Part shown: piece by piece, positions 39,883-51,720 of the stretch | How positions within the stretch are numbered: position 1 is the first letter of the stretch | Layout: every line of letters starts with the position of its first letter | NCBI RefSeq assembly: GCF_009834535.1 | Contig: NC_045697.1 | Coordinates: 15,068,001 to 15,132,000 of the forward strand | Reading direction: 5' to 3' | Length of the DNA stretch: 64,000 bases | DNA from: Camelus ferus | Lineage: Eukaryota | Made by a program: the position numbers and the translations under genes | The notes under the pieces: model-generated | Databases searched by the model: none | Seen by the model: the letters and a program-made list of their open reading frames with translations, nothing else | What the model was told of the DNA's origin: nothing

Positions 39883-42800
39883 TACCCCAACTCCCAAAGC
39901 CCTCCCAAACCCACGTACCCTGTTCTATTTGACCCAGAGCACTTATCAGCCACTAACATACTACTTAATTAACCAACTTAGCATGACGATTATCCAATCC
40001 CCCACTGCATGTGTGCAGTGACCTTTTGCTTACTGATGTGCTCCATGTCTCCAGAACAGTGCCTATCAAGAGGGTAGGTACTCCACAAATACCTGCTAAA
40101 CAGATGGAACCTAACAATGCATTACCTCTACACATCTCCTCCTCTGTGTCTGTGTTCTTTCTGGATGGTTCGATTGCCAGTGCAGCATCTCTAAACCTAC
40201 AGCTACTAAAACCCAGCTCAACTACCACCACTGCCTAAGAGAGGCACAGACTTGCCCAAGGTCATACTGCTAATCAGTGATGAAGCCAGGTTTCAAACAC
40301 GGGTCTATTACTAGAGGTCAAGGTCTGAAACATACAGTTGCACAAGTAAAAAGGAAAACAAAAAGCTTACTTTGATATAAAAACTTCAGTATCACATTAA
40401 ATGAAACAAAGAGAAAGACACACAATTTACCTAAACTCTTAGAGGCTTGAATGGGCTGACTTCATATTTCCAATGAATGCTTTTCTTATTCTAAACTCTT
40501 GAGAATGTAGTCATTGTGTATTCTTCAAATTTACATAATGACTGAAATTTTTAAAATTCATATTTCACAATAAAATACTTCTCCAGGTTGAGCATATTTT
40601 ATCAGTAATAACTGAAGTCTCAAAGCATAAATTAATGAATTACATTAAATAAATCTGACCTTCCTAAAGATAGGATTTTAATCTATGCATACCTCTCATC
40701 TCCTATGATATTTCATAAAGAATTTAAGAAATTAGCAGGTTCTTAATATTGACTTCTGAAATAGATCATTTCTACTTTGCATTGTTGTTGTTTAATTCTA
40801 TTATACTTTGTTCTCCAGGAAATAGGTAAGACAGAACAGTTATTAACTTTATCCTTTGGTGAGGGGAAAAAAAAAAACCCTTTATTTAACTATTGATTTT
40901 TAAAAATGTAAGGGCTTTAGACTCATAAATTTTTAGCAAAAATATCCTTGCTCCACGTATTGGAGCAATATATAAGTAATATGACATTTTTAGGTAGAAG
41001 GTTTTTTTTAATAAGAGAGCATTAAAGCATAATTAAGTACAATCCTTCAAGTATACAGATTTTAAATTTCACCATTTTTGAAGGATATTTTTGAGTTACA
41101 TATTCTATTTGTTGTTTGAAAATTTTAAATTGATATGAACTGAACACACTGTGACCTTTCCTGAGGACTCCAAAACAACTGAATGGTGTTGGCTACACTT
41201 AGCACTGATTTATCAGTGCCCAAAACAGGGCTTAGGACTACCCGAATGAGTACTGATCCCAACTGCTATCATTAAACATACTGGCTTGAAAAAGTATTTT
41301 TTAATATTTAATTGGGATCAGTTAATTTTTCTGATGAAGAAACAGGTATGGGAAGAATGTAAACTTGCCCAAGGTCACTGGCTAAAATACAATGGTGCTA
41401 AGATTTAAGTTCAGGTCTTCTTGGCTGCCAAGACCAGGTATTTTTATCAGACCAAGCCACCACCACAGGCACTTACTACAATGTAAGGTTGTGAGAACAA
41501 CGTCTTCTGGAATGGTAGCGTAATGGACTAGTAATAGGACTAACCACCTCTCATGATCTTGATAAAATCACTTGAGTAACTCAGTCTTCAATATTCTCTT
41601 CTGAAAATAAAGAAGTCAGACCAAATAATTGCTATGATCCATTGAGATTTTGCATGTCTATGATACAATGGCATACCCAACACAACTATTTATATAAATA
41701 ACATAATCTACGTAGCCTTGCTTTCATTATTGTCGTTATGCTGTGTATTTTCACTATTTTGATGATGAACAAGCTTCTCAACCTTCCAAGACCACAGACT
41801 ATGCCTTTCCTTGGACATGAGCGAGGAGGGCATCACTGAAAGACACATTTGCATGTATCTGGGTATATGCCCAGCAGTTGGCTGTCTGGTTTCCCTTGGG
41901 GATCTTTAGCAGACACAGCATAAAACCTGATCTTTAACATTCTAAAAGCCAGTTTATAGAACTGGCTTCATGGCTCTTTGAAGACTTTTGACTTTTGTTT
42001 GGCTCAGAGAATTATAAAATGGTTAGAGAACTCACATATAAGTAATAAAACAGGCTCCAGTATTTTAAGGGTGCATCATAGAAGAGGAACATGACTCTTT
42101 GGCAGGCTTTAAACTTCTCATCCTAACCTGGTTACCTTGCAAAATGGAAATCTTCCCAGTGTAAAGGTGATAATACTGAGCTAGGGGAACTTAAAACTTT
42201 CTCAAAGGGGTATGCAAGCTGGGGAAGAAAACTGCGGATATATCAAGTTTAAATCCTGATTGTATATATTATACATACTTAAAATTACAGTACAGCCAAG
42301 GTGGTATCTTTTTCCAGAAGGTTTACCATAGTTAAAGACTGAAAGAACCTATACCTGTCTACACTATCATTTTAAAAACATGAAAATGTAATCATTATAC
42401 ATGTATGATGTTCATTGTAGAAAAATGAGAAAATACAAACACATAGAACTTTACACGTAAATCATTCACCGGATATGTGCCTTTTGAAACAAATGAGAAA
42501 ATATACCACACCTACCTCTATTTTAAAATGGATAGTTACAATTCCTCTGTGCACAAGTAGAGAGAATTCAGACTTCCAGGGCTCCGGATTATCTACACAG
42601 TTTCTATAATGGGAAGAAGTACTGGGCAGAGATAAGACAGCAGCAGAACCACAGCAGAGATTAGAACCAGTGAGTAGCTGACGCGGCCAAGATCAGAAGG
42701 AATGATACAGGCAAACAGTCACAAGGCTACCGACTTTGGGGGAGACATGTAGTGAAACAGAGGCAGGAGATGTAGCTCTGTCCCTTAAAAAGCACTGCTG

Positions 42801-42960
42801 TGCAATTTAGTCAAACATCCAATAACTACTTAGTAAACATTTACTGTGCACTAGGCATGGTCTAAACACTGGAGTACAATAATGAACAACACAAACATGA
42901 TCCTTAAAAAGAAGTTCACATCCCAGTTTTATAGACACCTATAAATAATCTAAATTATTT

Positions 42961-43086
42961 TTCCAAATTTGGGGGGGGGGGTAATTTGGTTCATTTATTT
43001 ATTTTTTAATGGAGGTGCTGGGGATTGAACCCAGGACCTTGCACATGCTAAGCATGTGCTCTACCACTGAGCTATATACCCTCCCC
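42961..43086 (-). mobile_element. Camelid tRNA-Ala-derived SINE (Vic-1/VicSINE type)
   Basis: Minus strand: ggggagggtatatagctcagtggtagagcacatgcttagcatgtgcaaggtcctgggttcaatccccagcacctcca, then an AT-rich linker, poly-C and A tail. TSD ctaaattattt at 42950-42960 and 43088-43098. Confidence 0.88.
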
Positions 43087-43122
43087 ACTAAATTATTTCA
43101 GATCATGGTAATTTCTGTGGAT

Positions 43123-43240
43123 AAGGTGACCATATATCTTAGTATGTCTGGGACAGTCTTGGTTTATGCCTGTATTTCTGCTGTGATTATTAAGATTACC
43201 TCCTTGTAGCTCTCAAAAGTGCCCCAGTTTTGGCCACCTT
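43123..43240. mobile_element. MER94-like hAT-Blackjack MITE
   Basis: TIRs aaggtgacca...tggccacctt. Internal gggacagtcttggtttatgcctg...ctctcaaaagtg. Confidence 0.75.
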
Positions 43241-45849
43241 ATCTATAAAAGACATTTCAGAAAGCTGATTAAAAGAAAGTCATTATGAGAGGGGCTATTT
43301 TGGATTGGATGGTCAGCAAGCAGCTTCATAAAATGATGTTTGAGCTGAGAATTAAAGTTATCACAAGCTCTTCAGACTTAGTCTGAGTTTGAGGAGGGAG
43401 AACTGTGTCGTGAAACAAACACACAGCTTGGATTCTGACTAATCTAGTTTTATATCTTAGTCTCGCCACACCCGAGATTTGGCACCTTAGGATGGCTTCC
43501 CCATGGGATGCTCAAGCGGTATAATCTAAGACTGGTAACGTGAGTCAGAAAGGAACACACTAAATTATATGGAGAAAGAAACTGATCCTTACTTATAATA
43601 TCCTCCCACAAATCTATATTTTTGAACAGATACACAGTAAACACTGTGCTAGGTAAAACTGGAGAATTAAATACTTTCATGCGCTTAGAAGATTCTGATC
43701 TATCTGAGATACAAGTCTTAAAACCTGAATCTGTTAAATAATACAGAGTTGATGAGTAATTGAATGCTGAACAATAGGAGACAGGCAACTTGGAGTGTGA
43801 GAGTTCAAAAAGGAATGAAATAAAAGAACATCAGAAAGTGAAGACAGGTGCTTAACTGTAACAGTCACTATGTGACTGCTCAGTAAGCCACAGAAGCACT
43901 TTTCTGGACAAGGAACAGGACCTTCTGGTGGGCTTTGCTGGTAGTTTCTGCAGCAATTCAGCGTTTTAGCAAAATTTCCTTCTCCTACAAATAATCCCAC
44001 TGATCCTCTCTCTCCCAGCCACGTTCTCACCTTCCTTCCCTCTTGCCAGATTCTCTCTCCCTAATTTTTTTCAGAGGCACATATTTTAAAGGCTTATTGC
44101 CTCATCTGGGTTGCCCATTGTCCTCACCTCTCTTTGGCTAAAACCACAAGAGAAAGCTACCCTCTGCTTTTGGAAAACTTAGCACATGTTGGCTTGTTGA
44201 GTTGACTATTTTGCATTTATTTGCTCCAGGCAGAGGAACGTGGGGCAGGAAGGGATCATGAAGAAATAGCTTACAAAACCACAAGTTCAGCCTTTAACAA
44301 CCACTTAATACACTTTAGTTCAATGAATAAATGGCAATTATTGTTATTGAAAACTAACATAATAAAAGACAAAAGAGTTTGAAAATTGCAGTCATTTATA
44401 TATGTTACTTTCTAACTATTCCTAATTACCAGGAAGCATATAATGATTAGGTATCCAATTAGCTTTAGGGAAAATGTATTTAAAAAAAAAAAAAAAACCA
44501 GAACATCCTACAGATATTAGCTCAGTCATAATGACAGAAGTTACTCATTTGTTGAATGTTTGCCAGGCACAGAAATATGTGGAAGAAAACCCCCATTTTG
44601 CTCAGAGCGCCTGGGTGATTTTCACAATTGTAGAATTAAGGACAGAGCTAGAATTCCAACACAAGGCTCCTAACTCTTTTTCTGTGCAAGGCGTTGCTCT
44701 CTGGAAGCATAGCTGGAGGCTGAGCAGAAAGTGCAGCTCTCCTGGAACACATTCTCAGAATTGTTTGCCTTTGTTTTTAATGTCATATATTTATATTACG
44801 GGCATTAAGACTGTGACGAAAGGACACTACAGGAAGCAAAACAGAGCTAGATAGTGAGCCAGACATGAGACGCATAAAGAAGGATGTCAAATGATGGAAC
44901 GCCTTTCACAAGTTTGCTCCTTCACACAAAACTCGGCACAGTCCTCCTCCTCCCATCCCGGCCACTCATTCAGTTCTCCGACTCATTCTCCCTGAAAATA
45001 ACAATTCGTTAGCCCTCCTTAGCCAGTATTATATGTTGATCTGCTATAGAGTCCTTTCACCTTTTTGAAAAAAAAAAGAGTGAACATGAGCCCCCTGGGA
45101 AGAACATCCTGAGATGTTCTGATGGCACGGCAGCACCTCTGTCAGGCAGAAGAAATGGAGACCTGTTAGGCACAGACCTACGGTTTGCAGAGACTTGATC
45201 AAAACTCGTTTGTTTGTCAAACTGTTTGCCATACACTGCAAAAGACATATATTAATGCTGATTTCAATCATGGCCAGATGGATTTTGCTTTTTTCCCACA
45301 AGTAAAGGGCAGCTCCTCCGATCCTGGCTCCTTCCCCCCAAACCACATTGTATCCCAATGTTGGAAAAAGTAGCTTGAAGAGAAAATGTAATTTTTCAAA
45401 AGCAGTCCATCACCAGACTCAGCAAGCACAGGCCACAACCAGATCATCCTGGGTGGCAATGCCACCTACCTCTACAACAAGCATCACCTTGTTTCCACGT
45501 GCCATTTAATGTGACAGTGACATCGCCTCAAAAACAGAGTCCATTTGTTTGAAGGTGTAGGTTTCTTTTCCTTATAAAGTTTAAGAATCACAGAGAAATT
45601 CTGAACAGAAGCTATGTGGTCAAAGTAAAAGATAAACAACGATGTTGAAAGATGGGGTAGAATGACAGGCGCCCTAGGAGTCACCCCAGGGCTATGAGTA
45701 GCCTGCTTGTGCCGCTTTCAGTATCTTTTGAGGGCAAGCAACTGTGACCAACGCCAGTAATTTTAAACAAAGAAAGCCTTGTGAGTGGGAGGGGGTGAAT
45801 ATAAAATAATAAATAGGGTCATGAGCATCCTTCTCTTACTTAGAGTAGC

Positions 45850-46216
45850 TTTCCCACTGGCTTCTAGGATAGGGTCAGCGTGTGGAAACACTAGCAAAAA
45901 ATCTGAGGTTGGGAAGGAGAGGCCAGCAATTTCCTTTTTTTTTTTTTTTTTTTTTGCCTGAGCTTCCTTCTTGTCAGGTCCCCATGGGTTGGCTGTGTCC
46001 CTGGACTAAAGGCCACCTTGCCTGTCAAGCAGCCTTCTGCATACAGGTTCCCTCTCCAGGCTTCAGAAATGGTTCTCACCCCTGGCTCCTTCGGCGCTCT
46101 CCTGTTACTAGACCTTACCTTACCTCCTCTTGATTTCCTTACCCTTTCCCATGTACAGTCCCTTTATTAAATGATTTTCCTGAGATCTCCTTCCTGCCAG
46201 GAACATAACTGATACA
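45850..46216 (+). mobile_element. ERVL-class LTR remnant (LTR33/LTR16-like)
   Basis: gttggctgtgtccct...aaggccac...ccctttattaaa...ccttcctgccagga...ctgataca 3' terminus. Confidence 0.55.
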
Positions 46217-49200
46217 TATCGCAATCAATGTATAATATCCTCCGCTACCTCTGTGCTGTATGGTGAAATGTTAATATTTCTTTGCATATTTAAATGAAGC
46301 ACTGATGTGTAACTGTTGAAGTTTCTGCTAAGAAATCGCTGATTACCTTAACCAAATGGGGCAAACACAGCCTCTCCAATGAATATTAGCTCTTCCTTCG
46401 AGACCACATGATTAATTTTGTCAATCAGTCAAGAAATGAGTTTTAAGAGTTTAACATGACGAAGACATGATATCAGATTGCCACTACTTTGAAGTTCTCA
46501 CAATGATCAAAACAATCTCCTCTCTGGAAGAGTCTTTAAGCCCTACATGTTCACCTAATATATGAATTATGTGGTAAAGAACACAAAGTACAAGGCTATT
46601 AAACATTAATGTGCAGATTTTCTTCTGAAATGAAAGAGGCAACCAGGAATCCACACACACGGGTGTTTTGCCCAGTGAGCCTAGGGACCCTCTAACCAAA
46701 CTGGGCAGCACTGGCAGCTGAGATTAGGCAAGATGCTGAATCTCTCAAAATAGCCCTTCACTCCTGAATGCAAAGTCAAGTTCATTCATCGAGGCCAAAA
46801 TCATTTTTCTGAGAAAGTTTAAAATGTAAACTCTTCTGGGAAAACCAACGCAATTACATATTCCTTGGTAGTCAAGAATAAACAACATCTTTTGCTCTCT
46901 TATCTGAGGGCAGGTTTCAACGGGAGAAGCACAAGAAAACTGAGCATAACCTGGTGGCATCTTATGCGCATTTCAATAATGCACATTTTACACAGTGCTG
47001 TAAGAAATACGATCTCCCTTTATCAGCCAAGTCTGAATGAATTAAAAAATAAAAATGTAATCAAGAAGAGCATCATTTCAGAGCTGGCAGGCCAAGTGAT
47101 GATAAACTGTTTATTCCATTTCACATGGCAGGGCCACGTGAACTGGGAAATAAAAACTCTGGTCATCTTTTGCTAGGATGAAACCTGAGTTTTGTGGATT
47201 TTTAATGATGTGAGGTCTTCAGGAACACATCTTTTGCATGAGGTGTATCTGCCCTGTATTTAGATGTGGCAGAGATGAGGGACAGAAGAGGATGTCAGAG
47301 GGAATAGAAAACGTGGTGGGATGTGTAATCAGGGGGGAAAGAAGAGGCAGAAAAAAGAACTGCATGGCGTGAGAAACAGGCTTTCTTAAGTCTCTTATTT
47401 TGCTAAGCATCCCCCTTTATTTTCTATTCACACTTTAAAAATGCAACATAAAAAGAAATATCTAAATCTTTATATCACCAGCTCGTGAATGGCTTGATCT
47501 ACACTCACTTCAATACTGATAACACTGGAAGTTAACTCAATGCAAATTTGGGAAACAAATGCTCTCGCTCTCTCTCTCTCTCTCTAAAATTCTACTCGAT
47601 GAAACGATGAATGCTAATGTCATGCTTTTAATAATACAATTTTATTAAATCTGAAGTACTCCAACCCACTAGTTAAACACCAATTCAATGCTTAACAGAA
47701 TGTTCTGCTTTGAATTGCTTCCGTTTCCCAGGTGGAGCGCTGAACTTCGCCACACCTGTGGCTTGCAGTCTTGAAGTCTGCAACAGAGCTCCAGGCAACA
47801 GCCCCTCAGACATATGTTTTGGGACTAACAGGAAAATGTTCAGGTCTTGATGTTTCAAGAAAACTATGAACAGAGAATTGATAAATGTCTAAACAACCTC
47901 TCAAAAAGTACCACAAAACATTCCAATACTAAATTTCACACGTAAAGAAGAAACAGTTTAAAATTTGGTATCTGTCACAGCTTTGAGCCTTTTAAATGGG
48001 TCAGTGATTTATACGACAGCGTGTCCTGTAAGTTCCTATAGTTCACAAATTGTCCATCAATAGAATAAGTCTCATACTACTAACGTCATATTACAATTCC
48101 CATAAAGCATCTCCATTGTTTCAAATGTACAAGAATATATTGGTTACCATGAGCCCCATCTAGATTTGAATAGAATGTGGCACAAGAAGATGTAGGTCTC
48201 AAATTGAGAAGGAATTAGGATAACTGATCCTGTGTCGCATGACACCACATATTGCACGTGGTTGCCACTGACTTATTATGTTTGCATATGGATTTCTGAG
48301 GTTTATTATTACCAAAGAATCTTTTAAAATGCTGATATATTTTCATGATACATAAGGCCAATATATGTGTTCGTAAAATCCACTCTTTGAAAAATGATTT
48401 GCCATGAGAAAAATATATAAAAAGTTCCTGGTAAAATGAAGGTATCTTGTTTTATCTGGACAAATCTTTACCACTGAATTTGCACTCTCAAACATAAAGA
48501 TTATTTTAGAAAAATCACTGATTTTAAATTATTTATTTATAAGCAATCCTAGTCATTGCCAAAACTTGTATGAAAAGCTCCCAGGAAAGAAAACTGCTTT
48601 CCTCTAATGTGTGATAACACTAATAAGACACATCAAAGGGGAGTTTGTGCCCATGAAAATTTCTTTGCACTTCAAATCTTCTGTTTGTGTAAAGCCATGG
48701 GCATTCTGGTATCAAATGAAAGGGAACTGCCAGCCATACAGATTATGTGTTTCAGAAATAACTTGTTTTCAAGTGTAAAACAAAATCACTATTTCCTTAG
48801 ATCACATGTTTCATTGAAAAAGTGAAGATAAAGGGCTTGTTGGTAAAATGATAAAACAAAAAACATCATCCAAGGCATATTCATATTGTTTTAAATTTTT
48901 GATAACTACAAAGACATACGCTGATTGTTCAGGATTCAATTAGCAGCTGCTTGCATATATCCAACCTTAAAGCAAATTTTTTAAACTAATTCAACTCTGC
49001 TTCCTACTTCTTCATTAATTACTAGCTAAGGGACTTGAAAGTGCTCTAATGAATTTACATTAGATTCTGCAATATGAACAGTCTATACTATCACAGCACC
49101 TAGTAAGTGCACAAGCTGGCTTTTCCAAGTTGCATTTTGAGCAGTTGTAAAGATTCCGGCTGGATTTTTACAACATTTAGCATTAGAGACTGAGCCGAAA

Positions 49201-51121
49201 AGAATTTTTACAAGAAACAAGTTGCTGTAATCACATTTCCCAAGTTATAAATCTATCTACTACTTTATAATACTCTGTCCTATTTCTCAAAGCCCTTATT
49301 TTTCTCTCCTGTGGTTCAACATGAAAAGAAGGAATCCTACCTATATTGATTTCTAAATATGCATTAAATAAGGCTTAAAATATTTCTGCTATCCTAGCTT
49401 TCCGTAAATTTCATATTATAAATTATCTTGCAGTCATTATTAGCAAACCATCACATTTTGGAGTCAATGCTTATGGTTTATGACTTCGAAACTGTTTATC
49501 ATCCCCATAAAATTCTTTGAAATCAGAAGTTTCTGAAACCTATACACAAATAGACTGAGCAAAAAAAAGGGCAGAGCACTGAACCCAAATCCAGTAAGAA
49601 ATAGGTAGAATCTTAAAATTGCCTTATTAAAGAGAAAAATACAGACTACCATGGAAACCTCATAGAAAGCTTTCTTTTAAAAATATTTCTCTAATTTCAT
49701 AGCAAGATAAAAGATCATCTACTGAGAGTTGCCCAATAAAATATGATATTATAAATGACACACCATCCTTAATTGAATGTTTCATGCAAATATCATACTG
49801 GTATTATTGATCACAATTGACATGATACAGCAAAGTCATATTGGGACTAAGTTTAGAAGTGTAAAAACTGGGTGAAAAATACAATGGAGCTCCAGGTTAA
49901 CAAAAGTCAGATACGGATTCTCAATGATTATTCTTAAAAGCATCAAAAGCCACCACAATTTGCACTGCTTAAAGATTAGCATCCGATAACAGTCCTATTA
50001 ATGTCTTTATTAATACTTAATAATGCTCTAATAAATCATTTGATTTTTACAGTTATTCCCTTGAAGCTGTTTTTCCTAATCTGCTTGTCAACATAATCAT
50101 ATATGCAGTTCTGCTCTTCACCATCAAGAGTTTACTTCCTAAAGAAAATGTCCCTCAAATTCATCTCTCAACCTTGCATCATAGTGTAGAGGTTTCTCTT
50201 CTAACTCTTCTTTCTCATAATTTAGATTGAAGAAGACAAATTTAAGTTGAAAAAAATAAAGCTATCAATAATTCGTCGGTCAGAATCAAAGTGTAGTATT
50301 ATATCAACCAAGATTTGCCTCTCAGAAGTTTGATAGTCCATTAAAAATGCCTATTATCAGAGTCAAAGTAGTTTTGGTCCCACCTGTCACTATCTTAAAG
50401 ACTGCATTGCCTAGGAATTTCACGGGCAGCAAAACTGCTGGTTTAGCCTCATAATTTTGGAACGTCTTAAAAATATTTTCTTTCTATCAACACTTAGATT
50501 TAAATAGAGTTTCTATTTCAATCATGCAAATTGTTAAACATTAAAATCCACTGCAATGAAACAAATATCAAAGCTCTCATGGACATTATGCTCTTCAGCT
50601 GTTTTCATATTTTGCTCACATTCTGCAAGGAATTCAGAAATCCAAAAGAAATGTTCTTAACTCTTTCACTGTTAAGTTCTAGAATCAAATACCGGAAATA
50701 ATCTATGGATTATAATGATCAAAGAGTTCTAGAGAATTTCTAAATACCTGCAGGAAGAACAGCTTTGTGATTTTCCAGCAAACTGCAGCAAGCGGGAGAG
50801 AGGGGAAAAAAAACCCTCACACAATCATGCATTTTTAAAAAATCTTTCTACTCTGCAGACACTGCCTCCTTCGATTGAGGCACATTTAACAACGGCACTG
50901 CCAAAAAGACATAAAAGATACATCCACAGAATCCAGTTCTCTCCCCAAATTACAGCTGCACTGCACACATTTTTAGAAACGTGGATCTCAGCACACACTA
51001 CTGTATTTTATTGACAACATTAAAAATAAACACGACACAGAAATAGTGAGCCTTTCCTATTCCATTTCAACTTCGGTACTATATACTCCACCAGCCTCTA
51101 TTTAAAAAAAAAATTCATTAC

Positions 51122-51209
51122 CTGTATGAAGAGAACCTGTTAATAGTCTGAGAAGGTACTGGGCAAATTTCAATATTTCACGTTTACACCGTTTTCTACA
51201 GCCACTCAT
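51122..51209 (-). CDS. KCNIP4: KCNIP4 (KChIP4) alternative first coding exon; N-terminus MSGCRKRCKREILKFAQYLLRLLTGSLHT, phase-1 donor (probably the exon called Ib)
   Basis: Manual reverse-complement translation: aagATGAGTGGCTGTAGAAAACGG...CTTCATACAG|gtaatg, 29 codons + 1 nt. It matches my recollection of the KChIP4 isoform N-terminus that continues DSVEDELEMATVRHRPE (G+AC = Asp). It resembles the KChIP1 MSGCSKRCKLGFVKFAQ N-terminus. A at -3 of the ATG and a canonical GT donor at 51121-51120. Confidence 0.95.
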
Positions 51210-51255
51210 CTTAAGCAACAAGGTATTCCTCTGAGGAGAGCCAGAAGTCTTTGCC

Positions 51256-51292
<37 letters not shown>

Positions 51293-51530
51293 CAGTCTCT
51301 GAGGGGAAAGTTCTTTCTCAGTTTGTGTCACAGGCTGCCTTACAACTCCTGTGGAATTAGCTGTTAGTGCCTGAATCAGAAATTCCTTTAAAAAGCTAGA
51401 CAAGCCGGATACAGACAGAATAGTAACAGGGTGCCGAGAAAGGGCTGCGGCTCGGTACGGTCACCAAGTTCTTCTGTGGCAACAGATAGGCTGCTGCTTC
51501 ACACTTGTAGTAACCCACTGTGGTTCAGCT
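51210..51530 (-). other. KCNIP4: 5' UTR of the KCNIP4 alternative first exon (TSS not determinable; upper bound approximate)
   Basis: Directly upstream of the ATG. No minus-strand ATG for about 320 nt. Contains a T32 run (A32 on + at 51259-51290) and a small CpG cluster at 51405-51460. Confidence 0.6.
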
Positions 51531-51720
51531 CAGCATCCCTCTCCAGGAGCGATCTCAACCTCACAGACCATTCAGAGGGAGGCGGGGCCTGCAATGCCAG
51601 CTCATCAATGAATCAGCATGTAAGCAGGTGAGGGGACAGATGACAGGTCACTGGGGCTGGAACCTTTTGGATACCAATAAAAGGAGCCTGCTAATGCAAT
51701 CAAGCCTGCTGGGGAGGAAT
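51530..51720 (-). promoter_or_regulatory. KCNIP4: Putative internal promoter of the KCNIP4 alternative first exon
   Basis: GC box GGGAGGCGGGGC at 51577-51588, AP-1-like TGAATCA near 51609, E-boxes CAGGTG (about 51625) and CAGATG (about 51637), AGGTCA half-site near 51645, CCAAT near 51674. Non-repetitive and locally GC-richer. Motif matches only. Confidence 0.5.

Larger units (their letters stand above)
38385..40110 (+). mobile_element. L2 LINE 3' region interrupted by MER58 and MLT1B
   Basis: L2 motifs (ttccctgaacac, ctttgcactggctg..ctctgtctggaac, ccagaacagtgcct...gtaggtactc..caaata) flank the insertions. Confidence 0.7.
42825..43350 (-). mobile_element. L2 3' fragment hosting a SINE and MER94
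   Basis: gtaaacatttactgtgcactaggcatggtctaaacactggag...gatggtcag..cagcttc...atgtttgagctgaga. Confidence 0.6.
1..51121 (-). other. KCNIP4: 5' part of the very long KCNIP4 intron following this first exon
   Basis: Begins with GTAATG at 51121. I found no KChIP core (EF-hand) exon in the 51 kb downstream. Confidence 0.8.

Noticed and set aside
43008..43086. tRNA-Ala gene
   Set aside because: It has a SINE tail, poly-C, a TSD and an altered 5' acceptor stem, so it is a tRNA-derived SINE.
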